Source: an uncultured Lachnospiraceae bacterium
GTDB lineage: Bacteria > Bacillota > Clostridia > Lachnospirales > Lachnospiraceae
NCBI GenBank assembly: GCA_945609985.1
Contig: CALYZQ010000002.1
Span: 7,657-71,656 of the forward strand
Reading direction: 5' to 3'
Length of the DNA stretch: 64,000 bases
Positions 11,370-21,645 of the stretch are shown here, piece by piece; the first letter of the stretch is position 1, and every line of letters begins with the position of its first letter. The position numbers and the translations under genes were made by a program. The notes under the pieces were generated by a model, which was not told where the DNA came from, did not search any database, and worked only from the letters and a program-made list of their open reading frames with translations.

Positions 11370-11700
11370 GAGGTAATCTCCTTTCAGCTTAGAAGATGCA
11401 TAAGCAATTTGTTGAGCGGTTGTCGGCATGGCTCGGTACAGACAATTGGGAATTTACGCTCTAGAGCAGCAGTTTGTGGATCACTTCTTCCCATAACATC
11501 ATTTTTCTTTAATATGGTCAGATAATTCTTATCCATTTTCCCCATTACTTCTGCCCAATATCAATGTTTAAATCATCATGGATAGAAATTTCTTTAAATT
11601 CATATCAAATTTACATCATTTTTTCTACCCATTATACTGTTTATCTTTGTTATGGGAAGAACTCATCTTTCCGTTCTCAATCTCAACCTTGATATATTTA

Positions 11701-12501
11701 TCATCGCAACTTATCATACTTTATACATATATACACAGCCACGGCAGGTGTAATAACGAATTGTAAAACCAACTGTATTATGGACACCGCATCCAATAGC
11801 ATGGAACTTTCAGGCAATGTGTAAAAAGTATTCGGTATTTTTATAACGATATCCCATATAGCATGTATTATCATTATCAATGTCAAATTCTTAGAAAGCA
11901 TATAAATAGCCGCCAAGAGGAGTCCCCATATAAAGCTATAGAAAACTTGCCAGAGTGTGGAAATAATATCCTTCCCAAACAAAAAATTCAGTATGTGCGA
12001 CAGCCCAAAGCAGACACCCGATATAAAAATAGCTTGCAAACGTTTTTTTGTTGTGTCGATACAATATTTTAAAAGTCCACACATCAACAATGCTCTTGTG
12101 CCCTCTTCAAAATATCCGGTAGCCAGTTGTTGCGTTAAGTTTATACTGTACATCCCTGCAAAATTGGCAGATAATTCCTTTTCCTCACCAACTGTCATAG
12201 GCAACAGTGTGACTACCAGATACACTACAAACGGCAAGAGTAATAAATAAGTGCCGGAAGGTATTTTATTTGTAAATAGCTCTCTTATACTGTAATGGCT
12301 TCTTTGCTTCTTTGTGTTATAGACAAGTAATAAAAGAGCTATTGTTCCAAACAGAAGCCGTAAAGGTATATCCACCAAATAAAGCCGCACTTCATTATTA
12401 AATGCTCCAAACCATGTCAAAACTATCTCTGTAAAAATAAATGTTGCCGTCACAGCCATCCCTTGTATGACGGGTATATATATTCTTTCTATTTCCCGCA
12501 T
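11701..12501 (-). CDS. CPBP (CAAX/Abi) family intramembrane metalloprotease
   Basis: FEEGTR (EExxR), FGLSH, HAIWD motifs; multi-TM. Confidence 0.85.
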   Translation of the reverse strand: MREIERIYIPVIQGMAVTATFIFTEIVLTWFGAFNNEVRLYLVDIPLRLLFGTIALLLLVYNTKKQRSHYSIRELFTNKIPSGTYLLLLPFVVYLVVTLLPMTVGEEKELSANFAGMYSINLTQQLATGYFEEGTRALLMCGLLKYCIDTTKKRLQAIFISGVCFGLSHILNFLFGKDIISTLWQVFYSFIWGLLLAAIYMLSKNLTLIMIIHAIWDIVIKIPNTFYTLPESSMLLDAVSIIQLVLQFVITPAVAVYICIKYDKLR

Positions 12502-12559
12502 TTTTTTGCAATATATCCTTTCTCATCCTTCTCAAACTGAATAACAAAAGGGATTTCAT

Positions 12560-13261
12560 TTATTTTGTAAACAGCAAATGATGAAAGAACGCAATATTCC
12601 GATACTCATCTATCTGCGACACCCGCATTTCAAGCTGCATCATTTTCTCCTGCCACTCTTCCAGGTTGTGTTTTTCCTGGTTTTGCTGTAAATCCCAAAA
12701 GGTACGAATTCCGTAACATTCCACCAATTTAAGTCCCGGATTCCACTGTGTAACCATCTCATCCTCATAATATCTGATTGCACCAAACTTGGAAGCCGCA
12801 CTGTCTTTGCCGTCAAGCAAGTCATGTGCCTTCTCCATATCATCCAAAAGCACTGCCATCTGCATCACCCGTCCGGCTCGGTTATGCTTTGCAATTGACA
12901 AAGTTCCACCCGGCTTTAGCACTCGGTGCAGTTCATTTATAATTGCTTTCTTATCATCTATGTATTCCAGCACATTGTGACAGATAATCACATCAAAGGC
13001 ATTGTCCTCAAATTCTGAAAGCTTTGAGACATCACCCTGAATCTGTCTGTATTCATAATCCTGCCATCTGTCCTTTAACATTTCCTCCCAAGGCTCTACC
13101 GCCACAACCTTATTGTCCTTTGCAAAGTGATTGGCTGTAATTCCCTCTCCACTTCCAAAGTCCAATATATATTTACCCTTTATATCACCGAGCTGTGCCC
13201 AGATAATCTTCTTTAACAATCTCTCCCACTCACCAAGCTCTGATAAACTACGCATAACCAC
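12560..13261 (-). CDS. Class I SAM-dependent methyltransferase
   Basis: ILDFGSGEG, FDVIICHNVLE, RVLKPGG. Confidence 0.9.
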   Translation of the reverse strand: MVMRSLSELGEWERLLKKIIWAQLGDIKGKYILDFGSGEGITANHFAKDNKVVAVEPWEEMLKDRWQDYEYRQIQGDVSKLSEFEDNAFDVIICHNVLEYIDDKKAIINELHRVLKPGGTLSIAKHNRAGRVMQMAVLLDDMEKAHDLLDGKDSAASKFGAIRYYEDEMVTQWNPGLKLVECYGIRTFWDLQQNQEKHNLEEWQEKMMQLEMRVSQIDEYRNIAFFHHLLFTK

Positions 13262-13397
13262 TCCTCCTGTTTTATAGATTCATTGTATTAAACTCATCTT
13301 ACCCCACCTTCATATCATACCATATTTTCCCTTTCACGCCTAGGATTGAATTTCTTAGCACGAATGAAAAAATATGAAATCACAGCCTTTATTATAT

Positions 13398-13559
13398 AGT
13401 TAACCCTATAAACGGAAACTGACTGTGCGATTTATGCGCCACGAAGATGAGACTCAGGAAAACTTAGGAAGCCTCACCTTCCTAAGTTTTCCACGCTTTG
13501 AGGCTCATCACAGTGCACGGCGCATCTAAGACACAGTCAGTTCCTTTATAGGGTTAACT
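13398..13559. repeat. 162-bp nested-palindrome intergenic element (rod-like; MITE/REP-like)
   Basis: Outer IR agttaaccctataaa..ctgactgtg / cacagtcag..tttatagggttaact; atgcgcc/ggcgcat; gatgag/ctcatc; inner perfect 15-bp IR 13457-71/13478-92; related copy at 24192. Confidence 0.75.
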
Positions 13560-13582
13560 TAATTATTATTGATTATTGATTA

Positions 13583-15943
13583 TTAATTCTTCAGTGCAAT
13601 TCCATCCTTCGCAAGCTCTGCAATCACTGCATCGGTCACTTCCGTTACCTCTTCTCTTGTAAGGGTTCTCTCAGCATGAGAGAACAGGATTCTTACAGTG
13701 ATGGACTTACCGTTTTCATCCTGATAAATATCTGCTACGGAAACCTTCTTAACGAGAGGGCTGTTTGCTTTTGCTATGGCATTTGCAATGGGCTCAAACT
13801 TCTCAGCCACAAAGGACAAATCCACCGTCATCTCAGGGAATCTGCTGGGCTCCTCGTAAGAGATACTCTTGTTGGTAATCTCAGCAAACTCTGTTACATC
13901 AAGCTCTGCAAATACAATGGCCGCCTTCTTGTCAATCTTCTTGGATACCACAGGATGTGCCACACCAATTTCACCGATTTCCTTACCGTCTGCAACAATT
14001 GCATTCAGATTCTTCAAGTGCTGATAGGAGTGGGTTGCTTCCTTTTTACTAAGGGTAATTGCAGTATGCTTAATATCATCAAAAAGTACTGCTACCATAT
14101 CACGAAGCTCAAAGTACAGCTGTTCTATGGTCTTGGTCTTGCTAAACAGGGTAATACCCAGCTTCTTCTTCTCATTACAGAGATTATCATCCTTCAGTCC
14201 ATCAACAACTCTTCCCACCTCAAAAATACCGAAATCCGCTGCATATTGGAAGTTGGACTTCACCTGACAAAGCTGTGTGGGAATCATGCTTCTTCTCAAG
14301 GTTTCAATATTGGGGTTGGTGGAATTTACAAGCTTTACATTATCCTCAATTTCAATACCCAATGCCTTATACTCATCATAATATGCCCAGATGTAGGAAT
14401 GTACCTCGTGGAGGGAATATCTCTTAACCAAAATATCCTTCATCTTATCCTCTACCGTCTTTTCCTCATAAGCACGCACGGGATATAAAGGTACACGGGT
14501 TGTATGCACATCGAAGTTATCATATCCGTAAATTCTGGTGATTTCCTCAATAATATCAGCCTTGATGGTAACATCCTTGGTAGCTCTCCAGGAGGGAACG
14601 GTAACCGTAAACGCTTCACCTGCAAGGGTTACACCAAAACCAAGGCTCTCTAAGGTCTTAACAATCTGCTCATTGCTGATTTCAATACCGGTATAGCGGT
14701 TCACATATGACTTATCAAAGCTCAAGGTAACAGTATCATACTTCACAGCATACTCATCTGTCAGGGAAGATACAATCTTCACCCCGCCGTCTATATCCAT
14801 AAGAAGCTTTACAAATCTTGCAATTGCCTTCACTGTCATCTCAGGGTCAAGGCACTTCTCGTAACGCATGGACGCATCGGTTCTGTGAGCCAAACGTACG
14901 GTAGACTTACGAACGGATACCGCATCAAAGGTTGCTGACTCCAAGGTAAGAGTTGTGGTATCTTCCACGATTTCGGAATCCAGACCACCCATAATACCTG
15001 CAATAGCAACCGGTGTGTCACCGTTACAAATCATCAAAGTATTCTCGTCAACATTTCTGTCTACGCCGTCCAAGGTGCGGAATACAAAAGGCTTATCAAA
15101 GCATTTGATTCTGATTTTCTCCACCTTGCGGGAATCAAAGGCATGCATGGGCTGACCCATTTCCAGCATCAGATAGTTGGTAAGGTCTGCCAGCAGGTTG
15201 ATTGCTCTCATACCGCAGTAAAACAGACGGATTCTCATGTTTACAGGGCTTACATTCATCTGAATATTCTCAAACTTCAAGCAGGAATATCTCTGGCAAA
15301 GAGTGTTCTCAATCTTCATATCAATACCGGGCAGATTGTCATACTGGGATAAATCAATGACCTCAAGGGGCTTTAACTCTCTGCCTGCAATAGCTGCAAA
15401 CTCTCTTGCAATACCATAGTGACCCCAAAGGTCCGGACGGTTGGTCAGAGACTTATTATCTACCTCAAATACAATATCATCAATCTGATAAATGTCTTTG
15501 ATATCGGTACCAAGAGCAACATCCTCAAAGATCTCCATAATACCGCCGTGATCATCGCTGATACCGATTTCCTTCTCGGAGCAGCACATACCGTTGGAGG
15601 TATAGCCTGCAAGCTTTCTGGGAGTAATGGTGATATCACCAATCTGTGCTCCAAGCTTCGCAAAAGCAGTCTTCATGCCCACTCTTACATTAGGAGCGCC
15701 ACACACAACATCCGTAAGCACACCGTCACCGCAGTCTACCTTCAAAAGATGAAGCTTCTTTGACTCGGGATGCTCCTCAACAGATTTTATCTCTGCAACC
15801 ACAACACCGCTCAAATCACTACCCTTATAAAAAATTTCGTTCTCCACTTCTGCTGTTGATAAAGAAAAACGACTGATTAACTCTCTCTTGTCAAGTCCGG
15901 ACAAATCCACATAATCCGAAATCCAATTCATTGATAAAAACAT
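13583..15943 (-). CDS. pheT: Phenylalanine-tRNA ligase beta subunit
   Basis: VVCGAPN, SNGMCCS, NRPDL, GQPMHAFD, DIIEEITRIYGY; follows pheS. Confidence 0.97.
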   Translation of the reverse strand: MFLSMNWISDYVDLSGLDKRELISRFSLSTAEVENEIFYKGSDLSGVVVAEIKSVEEHPESKKLHLLKVDCGDGVLTDVVCGAPNVRVGMKTAFAKLGAQIGDITITPRKLAGYTSNGMCCSEKEIGISDDHGGIMEIFEDVALGTDIKDIYQIDDIVFEVDNKSLTNRPDLWGHYGIAREFAAIAGRELKPLEVIDLSQYDNLPGIDMKIENTLCQRYSCLKFENIQMNVSPVNMRIRLFYCGMRAINLLADLTNYLMLEMGQPMHAFDSRKVEKIRIKCFDKPFVFRTLDGVDRNVDENTLMICNGDTPVAIAGIMGGLDSEIVEDTTTLTLESATFDAVSVRKSTVRLAHRTDASMRYEKCLDPEMTVKAIARFVKLLMDIDGGVKIVSSLTDEYAVKYDTVTLSFDKSYVNRYTGIEISNEQIVKTLESLGFGVTLAGEAFTVTVPSWRATKDVTIKADIIEEITRIYGYDNFDVHTTRVPLYPVRAYEEKTVEDKMKDILVKRYSLHEVHSYIWAYYDEYKALGIEIEDNVKLVNSTNPNIETLRRSMIPTQLCQVKSNFQYAADFGIFEVGRVVDGLKDDNLCNEKKKLGITLFSKTKTIEQLYFELRDMVAVLFDDIKHTAITLSKKEATHSYQHLKNLNAIVADGKEIGEIGVAHPVVSKKIDKKAAIVFAELDVTEFAEITNKSISYEEPSRFPEMTVDLSFVAEKFEPIANAIAKANSPLVKKVSVADIYQDENGKSITVRILFSHAERTLTREEVTEVTDAVIAELAKDGIALKN

Positions 15944-15957
15944 TGTCCAATCTCCTC

Positions 15958-17010
15958 CTATTCTCCGTCTGTAAACTGTTCCATGCTCTTAAGCACACCG
16001 CTGTTTAGATCACGGATATCCTTAACACCGTACTTCATCATGGCAAGTCTGGTAAGTCCCAGACCAAACGCAAAACCGGTATACTCCTCGGGATCAATTC
16101 CGCCTGCCTTCAATACCTCAGGGTGAATCATACCGCAAGGGCAAAGCTCCAGCCAACCACTCTGCTTACAGGAGGGACATCCCTCACCGCCACAAATTAA
16201 GCAGTTGATATCAAGCTCAAAGCCGGGCTCCACAAAGGGGAAGAAACCGGGACGAAGTCTTACCTTAATATCTCTCTGGAATACCTCGGAAAGCATGGTT
16301 TTCATAAAGAAAATCAGGTTGGAAATATTAATATCCTTTCCTACCATTACACCCTCCATCTGGAAGAAGGTATTCTCATGACATGCATCCGTTGCCTCAT
16401 TTCTAAAGCATCTTCCGGGGAATATTGCCTTAATGGGCTTTCCTTCATTAATCAAGGCATCCTTATATTTTCTGTAGATAGCGTTCTGCGCTGCTGAGGT
16501 GTGGGTCTTTAACAGCTGACCATTCTCCAGATAATAGGTATCCTGCATATCTCTTGCGGGATGATGCTTAGGAATGTTTAACGCCTCAAAACACTCATAT
16601 TCACTTACAATCTCACTGTAATCCTCTACCACAAAACCAAGAGACTTAAATACCTTTTCACACTCACGCTGAACTAAGGTGATTGGATGGTAAGAACCTC
16701 GCTCCAAATTAGCGGGAATGGACATATCAAACTCAGGCATGGCTTCTATTTCCTTTAATACCTCTGCCTCTGCAAGCTTCACCTTATAATCATCAATCTT
16801 TGCAGAAACCTCACCCTTTAACAGATTTACTTTCTGGCCAAAGGATTTCTTTTCCTCATCGCTCAAATCCTTAAGTCCTTTTAACAACTCGGTAATACAT
16901 CCTTTTTTACCGAGGTAAGCAACTCTGATACTCTCAAGCTCAGCGGCATCCTGTACCTTAGAAAGCTCATTCTCAAGCTGTTCTTTCAGTTTCAAAATCT
17001 TTTCTTCCAT
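15958..17010 (-). CDS. pheS: Phenylalanine-tRNA ligase alpha subunit
   Basis: HHPARDMQDT, LLKTHTS, FPFVEP, GFAFGLGLTRL. Confidence 0.97.
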   Translation of the reverse strand: MEEKILKLKEQLENELSKVQDAAELESIRVAYLGKKGCITELLKGLKDLSDEEKKSFGQKVNLLKGEVSAKIDDYKVKLAEAEVLKEIEAMPEFDMSIPANLERGSYHPITLVQRECEKVFKSLGFVVEDYSEIVSEYECFEALNIPKHHPARDMQDTYYLENGQLLKTHTSAAQNAIYRKYKDALINEGKPIKAIFPGRCFRNEATDACHENTFFQMEGVMVGKDINISNLIFFMKTMLSEVFQRDIKVRLRPGFFPFVEPGFELDINCLICGGEGCPSCKQSGWLELCPCGMIHPEVLKAGGIDPEEYTGFAFGLGLTRLAMMKYGVKDIRDLNSGVLKSMEQFTDGE

Positions 17011-17039
17011 CTTTCTTCTCCTTTACGTTTCTTGGGAAA

Positions 17040-17301
17040 CAAAAAAGTCCCTTGCAAAATGCAAGGGACGATTTAATCGCGGTACCACCCTAATTCCTGT
17101 TTTAAACAGACACTTCATTACACTTAACGCGTGTGAGACGTCCGAAAATAATAATACATGTTAACCATATATGTTCCTCTCGGAAGCTCCGGCGGGAAAT
17201 TCGACATCTTATCTGAACCGAAGGAAGCTTTCAGCCGGTGACTTCCTCTCTCTTGCGGAAAATAAAATGCTACTGTAACACCTTCACAGCCTTTATAACT
17301 G
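17040..17301 (-). ncRNA. T-box riboswitch (Phe) leader of pheST
   Basis: Minus strand: AGAGA and GGCTG boxes, probable specifier GAA-T-TTC, T-box AGGGTGGTACCGCG, terminator gtcccttgca/tgcaagggac + T-run; TTGACA-N17-TAGAAT promoter at 17336-17308. Confidence 0.92.
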
Positions 17302-17341
17302 TTACTTATTCTATTCACTTTTTATGGAAATGTCAAGGTTT

Positions 17342-18286
17342 TTATTTAATATATCCCTTTTCTACCATATATCTGGTGATTTTTTCCTGACCTGCGTAAT
17401 TGCAGTGCTGGGAATCCATCCAATCCGTATTACCGTCAAGACCGATTTCATCCATCTCATAAAACAGATTATGGAAGGGGATTCCCTGAGGCTCCACATA
17501 CTCTTCTATCCAATTAAAAACTCTCTGCATATAAAACAGATTCTGCCTTGCATAGTCATCATCATACAATGCATTATAAGGAGCGACATACATAATCAGC
17601 TCCACATCATTTTCCTTGCAAAGTTCAATAATCATATCCAGATATTTCTTCATCTCATCCGGCATGGGTTCTTTTTCACTTTTATCGACCACCGGAATCT
17701 CCCAGTTGTACATTACATGATCAGAAAAATAAGTCCCTCTTTCCGAATATTCCCTGGGCTTAAAATCAGCTTCTGTTACCTCTATCCATCTGTCGTGGTA
17801 AAAGCCAAGGTCAAAATAATAATAAATACGTTCTTTGGGTTCAATCAAATCATTTATTGCCAGTCTCTTTGCCTTCGTATAAGGCATTCCATCAAAAAAC
17901 ATATGACTCATTCCGGCATCAATTACCCTGAAATCATTGGCACAATAAAGTGCTTCAAACACTATTGTCTTGGGGTGCTGAAGTTTAATCGCTTCCATAA
18001 TGGCATAGTAAGTCATTGGGACTGTCTGACCGGAGCTTGCCAGCATGAAAGAATTAATTCCGTATTCAAAATCCAGTAAATCAGTACTGATAGAACAAAA
18101 CTGATGACTTGTCCCCACAAAAATAGTATCCAATGAATCTTTTTCAAACTTGGTAAACAGGTCATGCATTTCCGTACCGAATTTTTCTCTCACGACATAT
18201 GTCGTCCTCGAAAAAAAGCATACCATTACCATCACAAACACGATACTCAACACCGTAAATTTTACTGCTTTGCCGATTTTTATCAT
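17342..18286 (-). CDS. Membrane-anchored SGNH-like protein (DltD/AlgJ-type partner of MBOAT)
   Basis: FVGTSH block I, WMDSQHCN DxxH motif, N-terminal TM, downstream of MBOAT. Confidence 0.75.
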   Translation of the reverse strand: MIKIGKAVKFTVLSIVFVMVMVCFFSRTTYVVREKFGTEMHDLFTKFEKDSLDTIFVGTSHQFCSISTDLLDFEYGINSFMLASSGQTVPMTYYAIMEAIKLQHPKTIVFEALYCANDFRVIDAGMSHMFFDGMPYTKAKRLAINDLIEPKERIYYYFDLGFYHDRWIEVTEADFKPREYSERGTYFSDHVMYNWEIPVVDKSEKEPMPDEMKKYLDMIIELCKENDVELIMYVAPYNALYDDDYARQNLFYMQRVFNWIEEYVEPQGIPFHNLFYEMDEIGLDGNTDWMDSQHCNYAGQEKITRYMVEKGYIK

Positions 18287-18297
18287 GACAGCACCTC

Positions 18298-19787
18298 TTA
18301 AAACTGAAAATAAATAAACTGCGTTGCATCATAACCCGGTCCGTATATTCCAAACACCAGCACACACCATATGCCTGCAATAAATACCAGCCATTGAAAT
18401 AAAACATTTTGCTTACAGAATGTAGCAGTTAACTGTCTGTTTCGGCTTCTTAAATAATCCACTGCCATCATTATCCCAATAAACAGAATCAATACATTAA
18501 AGTCCTTGGCAATCAGCCCCAGTGTAAACAAAGAACCGTCAAATAAAACCCATATATTGGGCTGTACAAAAATGTTCTTAATAATATCAAGTGCCTGTCT
18601 GATACTCTCTGCCCTAAAGAAAATCCAACAAAGAGTTACAATCAAAAAGGTAAGCAGCATTTTAAACAGACGGTAAGAAAAAACATCCCTGCGTACATGC
18701 AACAGTTCTCCAAGCCTCGCACACAGCTTACCTGTAATCTCCTCCAATACACGGAGTATTCCATGTAACATACCCCAAATCACATAATGCCAGCTTGCGC
18801 CATGCCACAGCCCGCTCACCATAAAAACAATTAAAATATTCAAACACTTTCTGAATTTACCTTTTCTGCTCCCGCCAAGCGGAATATACAGATAATCCCG
18901 AAACCACGAAGTCAGCGAAATATGCCATCTGTCCCAAAAATCCTTTATGGATGTTGCAAAATAAGGGGCATTAAAATTATTCATAAGCTGAATACCCATA
19001 ACCCTTGCTGCACCGATTGCAATAAAGGTATAGCCTGCAAAGTCACAATAAATCTGAACTGCAAACAAAACCGCGCCGATAAGTGCCGTAAATCCCACAT
19101 AAGTATTATACGTTTCTGCATCAAAAACGGTATTCACATAGATTGCTGCCCTGTCGGCAATAATCATTTTCAACACATATCCGTACAGCATAATCAGAGC
19201 ACCGCTTTTTACTCTGTCAAAATCCCACAGCTTTAGATTATGCAGATTCTGTATCTGGGGAAAAAAATTCTTATTTTCTCAATCGGTCCTGCAACCAGCT
19301 GCGGGAAGAAGGAAACAAACAAAGCATATCTGAAAAAATTCTTCTCCGGCTCAATCTCACCACGATACACATCAATCATATAACCCACAGCCTGAAAAAT
19401 ATAAAAGGAAATTCCTACGGGCAGCAATAAATTAAGAGTAATTTCCGGCATTGAAATATGAATCATTCCCAATATTTTTTCGATGGTATCCATCACAAAA
19501 CCGAAATATTTAAAAAGAAACAAAATTGTGAAATTAACTATGACGCATAACGAAACCGTCACTTTTTTCAATGCCGAACGTTCTCTCCATTTATTAAGAA
19601 AAAGACTGCTTACGTACGTAACTGCCGTGGACAACAAAAGCAACAGTGCATAGGTCGGATTCCACCCCATATAAAAATAATAGCTGGACAATAATAACCA
19701 TATATAACGTACTTTTCGTGGAATAACAAAATAGACAATCAAAATAATTGGAAAGAATACTAAAAAAGAAAAAGAATTAAAAAGCAT
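18298..19787 (-). pseudogene. MBOAT O-acyltransferase split by a 1-nt frameshift near 19257-19280
   Basis: N-half ends FFPQLVAGPIE; the -1 frame continues NKNFFPQIQNLHNLKLWDFDRVKSGALIMLYG into ORF 18298-19191 (DFAGY, FWDRWHISL, SGLWHGA). Confidence 0.85.
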
Positions 19788-19967
19788 TGCTATTCTCCTC
19801 ATTTGCAAAATATAACAAAATCCGAGTTAATTATACCATATTTTCATTATTTCATCAACAAATGAGACTATAGTGTAGAAGTTTTTTTGAAATTAGTGTA
19901 AAATAATTTTTATTATGATGTGACCAAAACGTTTTTTGAAACGTTTTATTATCAGAAAGGTGAAGAA

Positions 19968-20459
19968 ATGTTCCAGGCAAATGTAACCGATGCATATGAC
20001 AAATATGCAAATATGCTTTATCAGCTTTCCTTATCCCACATGCAACACCGTGAGGATGCTGAGGATGTGATTCAGGAGGTATTTTGTAAATACTATACGA
20101 AAGCTCCTCGCTTTGCTGATGAAGCTCACGAAAAAGCATGGTTTATCAGAGTAACTATCAATCAGTGCAGGGACCACCTGAGAGCCCGCAAGCTTCGCAC
20201 CCATACTCCGCTTGATGAAATCGGTGAAATCTCCGATGCCACACAGGTTACGGATGAGGCTGCACTCTCTGTCATGCAAGTGCTATCCACGCTCCCCGAA
20301 AAATACAGAACGGTTATCGTTCTTCATTATCTTCAGGGCATGTCGGTGGAGGAAATTGCAAAGGCCATGGCTCTTGGGAAATCTGCGGTAAAAATGCGCT
20401 TATCCCGCGCAAGAGAGATGTTACAAAATGAATTAAGAAAGGAGGACTGCCATGTTTAA
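19968..20459 (+). CDS. ECF RNA polymerase sigma factor
   Basis: DAEDVIQEVF, KAWFIRV, LPEKYR, EEIAKAM, VKMRLSRAR; start at MFQAN with GAAAGGTG RBS. Confidence 0.92.
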   Translation: MFQANVTDAYDKYANMLYQLSLSHMQHREDAEDVIQEVFCKYYTKAPRFADEAHEKAWFIRVTINQCRDHLRARKLRTHTPLDEIGEISDATQVTDEAALSVMQVLSTLPEKYRTVIVLHYLQGMSVEEIAKAMALGKSAVKMRLSRAREMLQNELRKEDCHV

Positions 20460-20988
20460 TGAAGAGCAAATCAAAGGCTTTCAAAACATCAAAGCTCCGG
20501 CCGGCCTCCGTGAACGGGTGGTTCATGCCACACTGGAAAGTAAGAAATCCTCTTTCTTTTCATACAAAAAGGCATTGTTATCATTTGCTCCCGTGGCTGC
20601 CTGCTTAATTTTATGTGTGTCGCTGTTTTCCTTCTACGGGAAGAATCAAAACACACCACTTACCCTCTTCGCAGAGGGCCAGAGCATATCCTCCGAAGAA
20701 ATGTTCTTATCTCCTATGACAGAGCCTGCCGTTTCTCTGGTGCGCACTGCTTCCTTAGAGCCAAGAACTTACAGCCTGGAACTGTCCTCAAAACAGGACA
20801 TGGAGGTACTTTCCGGCGATGGTTCCTACACCTGCCCGGACAAAACCCATGTAAATTGGAATATATCCGTCCCGATGGAGGATACTATTTACAGCATGGA
20901 AATTTCCCGTGGTAAAGATATCTATCTTGTACACCTTTCCTACCACGCAGCTACTGATACCTTCAGTATTTACTATGAAACCAAATAA
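20452..20988 (+). CDS. Putative single-TM anti-sigma factor
   Basis: Overlaps ECF stop; short cytoplasmic part, TM 'VAACLILCVSL', extracellular domain. Confidence 0.65.
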   Translation: MFNEEQIKGFQNIKAPAGLRERVVHATLESKKSSFFSYKKALLSFAPVAACLILCVSLFSFYGKNQNTPLTLFAEGQSISSEEMFLSPMTEPAVSLVRTASLEPRTYSLELSSKQDMEVLSGDGSYTCPDKTHVNWNISVPMEDTIYSMEISRGKDIYLVHLSYHAATDTFSIYYETK

Positions 20989-21012
20989 TTGTTTAAACAA
21001 AGGAGACAAATT

Positions 21013-21633
21013 ATGAAAAAATTAGTAATCGCAGCACTGACATTGACACTTGTATTTTCCCTTACCGCATGTGGCGGCAACAAGGAGAACGATACTCCCT
21101 CTGAACCTACCAATGTAGAATCTTCTGCTGATACTGAATCTACCGATTCAACCGAATCTACTGATGCAGCAGATACCGAAACCGAAAATAGCGATATCGC
21201 TACCGATTCTGAATCAGATGTATCCGCAGAAACCGCAGGTGTAATTATGTTAAACGCATTCAAAGAGCTTATGGCTGACGGTACCGATTACACCTCTCTC
21301 GAGATTGCTGAGAAGCTTGTTGCCAACCCTATCATCCAGTTCATGGGAGGCGCAATGCCCGTTGAACCCGGTTTATTATCCGGCTTTGACAACTATGAAG
21401 TAACCGGATTTGAAGAAGGCGCAACGTTCGGTCCCATGATGGGCTCCATCCCTTTTGTAGGTTATGTCTTTAAGCTTCCTGCTGATGCTGATGTTGATGC
21501 ATTTATGACCGGTCTTAAGGACAATGCAAACATGCGCTGGCAGATTTGTGTTGAGGCAGAGGAACTGATTGCAGAAGCTGACGGCAGCACCGTATTTTTC
21601 TTAATGACTAAAAAGAATCTTAACAAAGAATAA
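21013..21633 (+). CDS. Lipoprotein with acidic Ser/Thr-rich linker, associated with MBOAT/DHHW locus
   Basis: Lipobox LTAC, AGGAG RBS, C-terminal RWQICV region. Confidence 0.8.
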   Translation: MKKLVIAALTLTLVFSLTACGGNKENDTPSEPTNVESSADTESTDSTESTDAADTETENSDIATDSESDVSAETAGVIMLNAFKELMADGTDYTSLEIAEKLVANPIIQFMGGAMPVEPGLLSGFDNYEVTGFEEGATFGPMMGSIPFVGYVFKLPADADVDAFMTGLKDNANMRWQICVEAEELIAEADGSTVFFLMTKKNLNKE

Positions 21634-21645
21634 GAGGACAACACT

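Noticed and set aside
13560-13586. ttattga short tandem repeat
   Set aside because: Only about three AT-rich units at the pheT stop, with no evidence of function.
17124-17318. 64-aa ORF upstream of pheS
   Set aside because: Coincides with the T-box leader.
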